Origin: an uncultured Chitinophagaceae bacterium
Lineage (GTDB): Bacteria > Bacteroidota > Ignavibacteria > UBA10030 > UBA8401
Assembly (NCBI GenBank): GCA_964384415.1
Contig: CAYLMV010000003.1
Span: 6,840-70,839, forward strand
Reading direction: 5' to 3'
DNA length: 64,000 bases
Made by a program: the position numbers and the translations under genes. This document shows positions 29,081 through 36,709 of the stretch, in pieces. The notes under the pieces were generated by a model, which saw only the letters and a program-made list of their open reading frames with translations, was not told the origin of the DNA and searched no databases. The first letter of the stretch is position 1. Every line of letters begins with the position of its first letter.

Positions 29081-30565
29081 TCAGGAACCGCTGTGGCAAT
29101 CGCTGCAATTCATCTGCTTCCACGCATCGCCGACGTCGACAGGGTGCTTGTACTCGATGCCGGTGAGAGATATTCTAAGGCTGTCTTTCTCGAGCTTCTG
29201 AGCAAGAATCACGTGGCAGGTATTGCAGTCTCTCGACAGGACTTTCCCGTCGTCGCCGACATGCTTGCCGTCGTGACAGCGAAAACATCCCGCAGAATAC
29301 AAGTGACCGATGTTGTTCGGATAATGTTTCCACGAAACATTCATCTCGGGGAAGAAATTCTCGCCGTAGATTCGTTTCACGTGTTCGATGGCTGTATCAA
29401 TGCCGGCCGCCATCGTGCGGGAAATCTCGGGATAGCGCTGCGCGTAGAAATCGCGGATGGTGAAGCCGATGCTGTCCATCGCCCCCGCTTCTGTACCGTA
29501 CGGCCTCGTCAGCGCGTCGACGGCCGTCGCCTTGATGGAAGGAAGTGCGGGATCAATCCAACCCAGCGTCATTGCCTGGTTCACCGATTCGTTTGGCGGA
29601 TGATAGATGTGCGTCGGCCGGTTGTGGCAGTCGATGCAATCCATCCGCCGTTTTTCGCCTGCGGCGATCTGTGCGTCGGTCGCAGAGCCGTCGTTCATCG
29701 TATAGGTCACAACAGTCCCGTCGGGCCGCTTCGACTGGACCCACGGAATCACCTGGCGCTGCGAATCAATCGCAACGTAGGTGATTTTGTTGCTGATGTT
29801 CATGTGCCAATGAATGCCGGAGGTCGGACCCGTCTCGCTGTTTCCTCCGCCGATCTTCATCAGGAGCGAAATCCACCATTGAGTATTCTTTTCATCGGAA
29901 AGGAAATAGTTCTTGACCACCTGTTTTTCCGAATAAAATTGTTTCGGCCAGTGGCATCGTTCACAGGTCTCCTGAGCCGGACGAAGGTTTCGTACCGGCG
30001 TTTCGATGGGACGCGAATACTTATGGAAGATCACCGAATAGACCTGATATGCTCCGGACAATTTCGATTTGACGTACCAGTCGGCACCGGAGCCGACGTG
30101 ACATTCAGCGCAAGAGACTCTCGCATGGGGAGAGTAAAGATAAGCGGTGTATTCGGGCTTCATAACGCTGTGACAAACCTCGCCGCAGAACTGAACCGAC
30201 TCCGTGAATTCATACGCTTGATAGCTTCCAAACGCGGAACACATGAGGAGCACCAGGACAAGAGATCCGAAAAAGAGGAACATCGACCGCTGATGCGGGT
30301 CGTTAAGATCGATGCGGGGAAATCGGTTCGCCGTCGTTTGAACCCGTCTCCGCTCGAGAATGACGCCGACAATAGCGATCGCCAATCCCATAAGAAGAAA
30401 GCCGGGAAGAATGACGAAAGCTATGATTCCCATGTACGGGCTTTGGCGTCCGGCGAAGGCTTCCAGGAGAAAGAGGAACAGGATCAGCCCAAAGCTGACG
30501 AGCGCAATTCCTGCGCCGGCAAAACTCGTAGGGTTAAAAAAAGATTTTGGAACAAGCCTTTTCAT
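29081..30565 (-). CDS. Inner-membrane NapC/NirT-type multihaem cytochrome (7 CxxCH, 3 N-terminal TM helices; ImcH-like architecture)
   Basis: 494 aa with three hydrophobic helices in the first ~110 aa and then 7 CxxCH motifs. It lies 36 bp upstream of the Rieske gene. Confidence 0.7.
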   Translation of the reverse strand: MKRLVPKSFFNPTSFAGAGIALVSFGLILFLFLLEAFAGRQSPYMGIIAFVILPGFLLMGLAIAIVGVILERRRVQTTANRFPRIDLNDPHQRSMFLFFGSLVLVLLMCSAFGSYQAYEFTESVQFCGEVCHSVMKPEYTAYLYSPHARVSCAECHVGSGADWYVKSKLSGAYQVYSVIFHKYSRPIETPVRNLRPAQETCERCHWPKQFYSEKQVVKNYFLSDEKNTQWWISLLMKIGGGNSETGPTSGIHWHMNISNKITYVAIDSQRQVIPWVQSKRPDGTVVTYTMNDGSATDAQIAAGEKRRMDCIDCHNRPTHIYHPPNESVNQAMTLGWIDPALPSIKATAVDALTRPYGTEAGAMDSIGFTIRDFYAQRYPEISRTMAAGIDTAIEHVKRIYGENFFPEMNVSWKHYPNNIGHLYSAGCFRCHDGKHVGDDGKVLSRDCNTCHVILAQKLEKDSLRISLTGIEYKHPVDVGDAWKQMNCSDCHSGS

Positions 30566-30642
30566 CTGTGCTGGATATTACCGTTAATGCAACAGAGATG
30601 CAACGGGAATTAAGAAGTGAGAGTTAGGAATTATGAAACAGG

Positions 30643-30718
30643 GTTGTTGTCAGTTGTCAGTTGTCAGTTGTTAGTTTTTGGTTGTTGGTTGTTCATTGTT
30701 GATTGTTCATTGTTGATC
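30643..30718. repeat. Tandem repeat tract: (GTTGTCA)x3-4, GGTTGTT x2 and a 14-bp direct duplication GTTCATTGTTGAT(T/C) overlapping the CbcL-like stop codon
   Basis: Read directly: gttgtcagttgtcagttgtcagttgttagtttttggttgttggttgttcattgttgattgttcattgttgatcc. Confidence 0.7.
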
Positions 30719-32881
30719 CTTCTGCGTCGACCGGTCCCGATTAATGTCTTCCATCAACTTTCGCACTTCCTCCGCCTTGATCCGCTGCAATTCCAGCGGG
30801 TGTTCGTCGTGCATTTCTTCCTCTGTGATCGTCCCTTTGAAGAAGGCAAGGTTGATCGGATACACATCCGGATTGAAAATCACAAAATAGAAGTGCCATA
30901 TAATAATAGAGAGCGTCGCGAGCCAGGCTTCATAATAATGGACGGTGCCTGCAACATCCCACCAGAGCTTGCCTATAATTCCAAGAAATCTGTTGTCAAA
31001 CCAGAGAATGAAGCCCGTCGCTCCCATCACGATCGTCCCCCACACCAGCGCCCAGTACTCGCTCTTCTCCACATAGCTGAACCGGTCGAACTGCGGTCTG
31101 ACCTTGCTCAATCCGATATTGTACTTCGCAACTGCGATGGCGTCGTGAAGGTCTTTCAATTTCGGCAGTAAGTCATGGACGAGCTGTTTTCCCCTGGGGA
31201 CAAACAGCACATAATAGATGTGGTAAAGACCCGCCGCGATCAGGACCAGGCCGGCGGCGCGATGAAGGAGGCTTCGAATGCCGAATACCGCGGGGCTGAG
31301 CGAGCGGATCGGGCCGACCCACCACGCATCCGGGAACTTCAGCATGAAGCCTGTTATCACGAGCGTCGTGAAGCTGATGATCAACGTGCCATGTTGCAGC
31401 CGTTCGCTCAACGTCATCCGGACATACAGTGAATGGCCGAGTTCTTCTTCATAGAGCGTTCCCCGGCGTACTCGCAGCTTCCTTTTGGATTTCTTTACGA
31501 AGTCCAGGGCATTGTGAATGAACATTCCGCCGATCGTGATGACGATGAGGAGGATATATCCGGATGTTACATAATAGAGCATATCGTTGTCTTTGGCTGA
31601 GACGATGATATGCACCGAGCCCTTCGTGAAATTCTCGTTCGCTCCCGGGTGACATTTTCCGCATGTCACTGCAAGGTTGGCCTTATTCACCCTCGATTTG
31701 GGATTGCTCGACGGCAGGATATCATGGATCCCGTGACAACTCGCGCAGTTGGCGACTTCCACGCTTCCGGCTTTCGTCGCAAGACCGTGATAGCTATCGT
31801 CAAAACTTTTTCCGCGCTCCGCTGCAAGGCCGAATTTTTCGTTCAGCCGCACCGAGTTGTGGCACGGCGAACAGACCTGGGCAGATACATGAAGCCTTGA
31901 AACGGGCGAGTTCGGGTCCTTGGGCGCGAGAATCTTGTGCTCTCCGTGGCAATCGGTGCACACGGGCGCGTCTTTATTGCCGGCGAAGAACGCAGAGCCG
32001 TGAATGCTTCCTCTGTATTCCGTTGCAATCGAAGCATGACATTTCGCGCATGTGTTGGGAATATTCAGCCTGTTCACCCGCGATGTCGGGTCTCCCCCCT
32101 TCTTCATCTCGTGGCTCCCGTGGCAATCGACGCAATTGGCCGCTCTTCCATTCCCGCCCTTCAGGGCAACGCCGTGCACGCTTTGTTCATACGACAGGAC
32201 GAAGCTCGCTGTGGGGGCATCGGCCGGCGTCTGTTTGTTCTTCACATGACAGGTGATGCATACCTGCTCCTGCGCGATCTTCAGCTGCGCGGAATCGGTC
32301 CCCGCTTTGACTGCGGTGATATTCTTGGAATGGCAGGCAACGCATGTCGGGGCGTTGAGGTTTCCGGCGAAAAGAGATTTTCCATGAGCCGACGTCAGGT
32401 ATTTCTCTTTCTCAGCCGTGTGGCATTGGCCGCAGCTCTGCACAACGTTTGAAGAATTGAATTTTGTGCCGGGCGTTTTCGGGGACTGGACGTCGTGTTT
32501 TCCGTGACACTCCTTGCACATCTGGCTCTCGTTCCTGCCCGCCTGCAGAAGCAGCGTACTATGGAATGGATGCTTCGGTTCTACATTCTTATGGCATGTT
32601 TCGCACTGGACGGGAGTGATATGTTCCTTGTGCGGCACATTCCCGGGATCAAAACCCGTGTGGCAGGCGACGCAGACCAGTTTCTTGTGCGTCGAATGAC
32701 TCAGAACTTCATCGTTCACGAACAATGAAACAGTCTTTCCGTTGCGCTCGGTAGACAATGTGCTGTCGGAGTGGCAGGCTAAACACTCTTCTTTCGTCTG
32801 CGATCTCAGCAGCGAGGACGAAGCAAGGAGTAGGAGAAAGAGAATCAGAGATTGGAAGAAAAGAGTTCGGGTCTTAAGCAT
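30707..32881 (-). CDS. Fusion of a multihaem cytochrome c (13 CxxCH) with a C-terminal dihaem cytochrome b-type membrane domain (CbcL-like)
   Basis: 724 aa. A signal peptide is followed by 13 CxxCH motifs. The C-terminal ~270 aa has 5 TM helices with conserved His in TM1, TM2, TM3 and TM5, an FdnI/HydC-like arrangement. Confidence 0.75.
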   Translation of the reverse strand: MLKTRTLFFQSLILFLLLLASSSLLRSQTKEECLACHSDSTLSTERNGKTVSLFVNDEVLSHSTHKKLVCVACHTGFDPGNVPHKEHITPVQCETCHKNVEPKHPFHSTLLLQAGRNESQMCKECHGKHDVQSPKTPGTKFNSSNVVQSCGQCHTAEKEKYLTSAHGKSLFAGNLNAPTCVACHSKNITAVKAGTDSAQLKIAQEQVCITCHVKNKQTPADAPTASFVLSYEQSVHGVALKGGNGRAANCVDCHGSHEMKKGGDPTSRVNRLNIPNTCAKCHASIATEYRGSIHGSAFFAGNKDAPVCTDCHGEHKILAPKDPNSPVSRLHVSAQVCSPCHNSVRLNEKFGLAAERGKSFDDSYHGLATKAGSVEVANCASCHGIHDILPSSNPKSRVNKANLAVTCGKCHPGANENFTKGSVHIIVSAKDNDMLYYVTSGYILLIVITIGGMFIHNALDFVKKSKRKLRVRRGTLYEEELGHSLYVRMTLSERLQHGTLIISFTTLVITGFMLKFPDAWWVGPIRSLSPAVFGIRSLLHRAAGLVLIAAGLYHIYYVLFVPRGKQLVHDLLPKLKDLHDAIAVAKYNIGLSKVRPQFDRFSYVEKSEYWALVWGTIVMGATGFILWFDNRFLGIIGKLWWDVAGTVHYYEAWLATLSIIIWHFYFVIFNPDVYPINLAFFKGTITEEEMHDEHPLELQRIKAEEVRKLMEDINRDRSTQKDQQ

Positions 32882-33037
32882 TCTGGAATGGTGCCTTTGT
32901 TACCGCTTGACAAGTGAAAGTGTTGAATATTTCGGCAAGGATTGTGCCAATTTATTCGACAACAAAAGGGGGCGCTTTCGCAAAACTGTGCAGTTTCAAT
33001 TTACTTCTTTTTCAAGAATAATCACAAATTTCTTTCA

Positions 33038-33056
33038 TTTCCCAAAAAATAGGAAT
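33038..33056. promoter_or_regulatory. Palindromic motif TTCC-caaaaaata-GGAAT in the divergent cbcL-like/DUF362 promoter region
   Basis: Read directly. It matches the element at 25079-25096. Confidence 0.35.
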
Positions 33057-33179
33057 ATTCGCCATGATCTGCCACCGAATGGAGAGAATTGCGGGCATTG
33101 TGCGATGAAAAGCTGGCAGGAGAATTGTATCAAGACCATGCGTATTTAACCGATTACTTGAATTCATTTCGAGGCATTC

Positions 33180-34106
33180 ATGGATCGCAGATCATTTCTT
33201 CTTCGGGCCGGGGGAGTTGCACTTCTTGCCGGCACTCGCACTTCGAAAGCCAGTCTCAAATGGGTGGGGGAGAAATTGTCCGAGGACAAAGCGATGGCGG
33301 GTTATGACCTTGTTGCAGTAAAGGGAGGCGAGCCCGAGGTCATGTTCCAGAATGGAATTCAGGCCATGGGGGGGATGAGAGCGTTCGTCAAAAAAGGGCA
33401 GAAAGTTGTGATCAAGCCGAACATCGGATGGGATGTGTCCCCCGAACGCGGCGGAAACACAAATCCGAAACTTGTTGCTGAAATTGTGAAGCAATGCCGC
33501 GATGCGGGAGCAAAAGAAATTGTTGTCTTTGATCACACGTGCGATGATTGGCAGCGGACGTACAAAAACAGCGGAATATCTTCCGCGGTCTCGGATGCAG
33601 GCGGGAAAATGGCTCCGGGCAATACGGAAGGATATTTCCAGGAGGTTACGATAGCGGGGGCAAAGAACCTGACGAAAGCAAAAGTCCACGAGGTCATTCT
33701 CAGCTCCGATGTCTTCATCAACATCCCCGTCCTAAAGAATCACAACTCCGCCACGCTCACGATGTCTATGAAGAACCTGATGGGCGTAGTATGGGATCGC
33801 CGCGATTGGCATGCCAACGATCTGCACCAATGCATCGCCGACTTCCCCCTTTATCGGAAGCCGGACCTGAACGTGCTGGACGCTTACTACGTCATGACAC
33901 GAAACGGGCCTCGCGGCGTTTCGCAAGCCGACGTGATAACGATGAAAACTCAACTCATCTCCACGGACCTCGTAGCGCTTGATACTGCCGGCGCAAAGCT
34001 TTTCGGCCTTGACCCTCAGACGATTCGTTACATCCAGATTGCCGCCGAGCAGAAAATAGGCCGTGCCGATCTTGATCATCTCAACATCAAACGTATCTCT
34101 CTCTGA
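33180..34106 (+). CDS. DUF362 domain protein with Tat signal peptide
   Basis: A twin-arginine motif (MDRRSFLLRAGGVALLAG) followed by DUF362-like ferredoxin-associated domain features. Confidence 0.6.
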   Translation: MDRRSFLLRAGGVALLAGTRTSKASLKWVGEKLSEDKAMAGYDLVAVKGGEPEVMFQNGIQAMGGMRAFVKKGQKVVIKPNIGWDVSPERGGNTNPKLVAEIVKQCRDAGAKEIVVFDHTCDDWQRTYKNSGISSAVSDAGGKMAPGNTEGYFQEVTIAGAKNLTKAKVHEVILSSDVFINIPVLKNHNSATLTMSMKNLMGVVWDRRDWHANDLHQCIADFPLYRKPDLNVLDAYYVMTRNGPRGVSQADVITMKTQLISTDLVALDTAGAKLFGLDPQTIRYIQIAAEQKIGRADLDHLNIKRISL

Positions 34107-34109
34107 CCT

Positions 34110-35636
34110 GTGCGTCATCTCAGAACGATAAGAGTGAGCGTCGCGTCGGTAGTCTTCATACTCGCGGCGCTCTTTTTTTTGGATTTCATCGGCGCCATCC
34201 CGCCGCGGATCATCTCCGCCCTCCTCGCCTTCCAAATGGGCCCGTCGGTTCTCTCCGTAATCGGCGCGCGCAGCATCGCGTTGTTCGGTTTGCTTTTCGT
34301 GATAGGGACGACGCTGCTCATGGGGCGTGTGTATTGTTCACACCTTTGTCCGCTGGGTACGCTTCAGGATATTTTCATTTGGACCGCAAAGAAAAAGTAT
34401 ACGCACCGCCGCTACCCTTTTAGCAAGCCCGCGTACCTCATTCACTACGCACTCACCGCCATCATCGTCGGATGCGCAATCGGAGGGAGCATGGTGCTGC
34501 TGAATCTGTTTGAACCGTTCAGCAACTTTGGAAGAATTTCTACCGATCTTGCCCGTCCCCTCGTCATCCTGCTCAATAACGCCATTGCGTCTGTATTGTC
34601 GAGGAATCAGGTGTATTTGTTCTACGTAGTTCCGCTCGACGGACTCGCTATTCCCGTCATTATTGCGTCGGCAGTCTTTCTCGGGGGCTTGTACTTGCTG
34701 AGCTTCAAATACGGACGCTTCTTCTGCAATACGATGTGTCCCGTCGGAGGGATTCTGGGCCTTTTCTCTCGTGTTTCCTTCCTCCATATCACTATCAATC
34801 ATAAAGAATGCATCGATTGCGGTCTTTGCGAGAGGGTCTGCCGCGCGCGCTGCATTGACGCCAAGGACCGGAAGATTGATTTCGCGGCCTGTGTCGGATG
34901 CTTCGATTGCATTGCTTCCTGCCCGAATGAAGGCATGACGTACAGCGTGCGCTGGAATAAGACTACCCATCCTGAACCACTGAATGCCGGGAGACGAAAA
35001 GTCATGCTCGGGGCTGGGGCCGGAATGATGCTTTTATTGAAAGCTCCGCCTCCGATCTCTGAGATGAGCGTTGGAAATAGAACTCCGGTTGTACCCCCGG
35101 GCGCAAAGAGCATCGAGCGATTCACACACCATTGCACGGCATGTCATCTCTGCATAAGCTCATGCCCATCGCACGTCCTGCAGCCATCGTTCTTCGAGTT
35201 CGGCCTCGCAGGCATCATGCAGCCGAGGATGGACTATTCCGTCAACTATTGCACGTACGATTGCACTCTCTGCGGACAAGTGTGCCCCACCGGCGCCATC
35301 GCACAGCTCTCGCAGGCCGAAAAGAAACTGGTACAAATCGGAAAAGCGCATTTCACAAAAGAAGACTGCATCGTCGAAACGAAGAAGACCGACTGCGGAG
35401 CTTGCTCGGAGCACTGTCCAACGAAAGCTGTCCACATGATTCCCTATGGGAAGCTCTTCCTCCCGGAAGTTGACAATGAGTACTGCGTCGGATGCGGCGC
35501 GTGCGAGCATGCCTGTCCGACAAAACCGCGGAAAGCCATCTCAGTGCAATCGAATGTGATCCACGCCGTGGCAAAGAAGAGAGACGACGTTAAACTCCAG
35601 ATTCCCGCAGAAACCCCGCAAGATTTCCCGTTTTAA
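34110..35636 (+). CDS. Membrane-bound polyferredoxin, NapH/MauN/RdxA family ([4Fe-4S] x4)
   Basis: 508 aa. TM helices carry CSHLCP/CNTMCP motifs. Four CxxCxxCxxxCP clusters follow (CIDCGLCERVC, CVGCFDCIASCP, CTACHLCISSCP, CTLCGQVCP, CGACSEHCP, CVGCGACEHACP). Confidence 0.7.
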   Translation: MRHLRTIRVSVASVVFILAALFFLDFIGAIPPRIISALLAFQMGPSVLSVIGARSIALFGLLFVIGTTLLMGRVYCSHLCPLGTLQDIFIWTAKKKYTHRRYPFSKPAYLIHYALTAIIVGCAIGGSMVLLNLFEPFSNFGRISTDLARPLVILLNNAIASVLSRNQVYLFYVVPLDGLAIPVIIASAVFLGGLYLLSFKYGRFFCNTMCPVGGILGLFSRVSFLHITINHKECIDCGLCERVCRARCIDAKDRKIDFAACVGCFDCIASCPNEGMTYSVRWNKTTHPEPLNAGRRKVMLGAGAGMMLLLKAPPPISEMSVGNRTPVVPPGAKSIERFTHHCTACHLCISSCPSHVLQPSFFEFGLAGIMQPRMDYSVNYCTYDCTLCGQVCPTGAIAQLSQAEKKLVQIGKAHFTKEDCIVETKKTDCGACSEHCPTKAVHMIPYGKLFLPEVDNEYCVGCGACEHACPTKPRKAISVQSNVIHAVAKKRDDVKLQIPAETPQDFPF

Positions 35637-35706
35637 TCCTCCCCTAAAAAAGAAAAATCCCGCCAGGGTTGACGGGATTCAATTGCGCAACAACACAATA
35701 GATCGC

Positions 35707-36144
35707 TCAGTTCTTCGGCAGCGAAGTCGCTCCATTCCCTTTCCGATTTTTTTGCAGGCCAATCTCAAGAGCAATGGCCTCGAGGATTTGTTCTATCTGA
35801 ACCGGTTTGTACAAAACCTGGTTCGCCAGAGAGCGGATCTTTGTTTCCCACTCCGGCTTTCCCTGACGATACGCATAGAGGACGATGATAGGGGCATCCG
35901 AATTCTGCATGCGCCTGAATTCAAACTCTCCCAGAAGAGAGGGGATCGACCGTTCAAGGTCGACGACAAGAAGCGAGACACATTTATTGTCCCGCTGAAG
36001 TCCGAGATCCTCGACGGTCTCAGTCGTCACAACTTTGTACTGATTCTGCAGCAAGATCGATAAGCTCTTCGACAAATCCGCATCTGCCGAGTGAACCAGA
36101 ATCGTCTCTTTTTTGTTTGTCCCAGTCACTTTGTTCCGCTTCAA
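35707..36144 (-). CDS. Atypical receiver-domain protein (HSADAD in place of the DDE acidic pocket)
   Basis: 145 aa. LLVVDLE and KP receiver-like elements are present, but the N-terminal acidic motif is degenerate. Confidence 0.45.
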   Translation of the reverse strand: MKRNKVTGTNKKETILVHSADADLSKSLSILLQNQYKVVTTETVEDLGLQRDNKCVSLLVVDLERSIPSLLGEFEFRRMQNSDAPIIVLYAYRQGKPEWETKIRSLANQVLYKPVQIEQILEAIALEIGLQKNRKGNGATSLPKN

Positions 36145-36709
36145 CGATAAAATGAAATTGTAGTATGCGAACGCCTGAACATATAACTCAACTATTATGC
36201 CACCACGCTCCCCGTGCGGTTCGAAAAAATGGACAAGATTTCGAACAGTCGCGGGACAGAATCATGCAAATACCTCAGATTTTCACAAAAAGCGTAAAAG
36301 AAAACGCGGTTTTTCTCATTAATGGGAGGTTTGCAGGAAGCGCTTGAGGAGATAAATGGGGGCACCGCTCAAGGCTAACTTCGTATCGTGACTCTGGCGA
36401 AATTTTCCAAACGATCTATTCGAGGGTGGAAGAAAATCAACGAACAAGTTGTTTGGTTTTCCGACGGGATCTTTTTGCGCACCTTAGCTCGCAACAGGCG
36501 AGAGATTATTTATTGCCGCAGTTTGGCGCGGACGAATGAGGGAGTTTTGCGCGATCCGATGGCAAGGGGAATGCAATCGCACGGAGGATGAACGGGAGAA
36601 ATGGCAGAGCACCTATACACCTGAACCGGACAAACGCGCGAGCCTCCGTTCACAATTCGTTCAAGCATGGTGCCGTCGTTGAATACTCAGTACTTGCTCC
36701 CCCGTTGTG

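Noticed and set aside
28622-30613. 663-aa plus-strand ORF spanning the Rieske and 7-haem cytochrome genes
   Set aside because: It is antisense to two strongly supported minus-strand genes. The translation is R/G/P-rich and typical of GC-rich antisense frames.
21164-32881. Cluster as a nitrite/hydroxylamine/N2O respiratory locus
   Set aside because: There is no CxxCK (NrfA) motif, no HAO-type octahaem arrangement with catalytic Tyr, and no copper or molybdopterin catalytic subunit. All members look like electron-transfer proteins.
36195-36215. tRNA-like GGTTCGAAA T-loop-like string
   Set aside because: No complementary T-stem or acceptor stem flanks it, and no anticodon arm could be built, so it is not a tRNA.
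36145-36709. Possible molybdenum-cofactor riboswitch near moeA
   Set aside because: The region lies downstream of moeA, not in its 5' leader, and I could not recognise the conserved Moco-RNA motif by eye. It is reported only as an unexplained gap.
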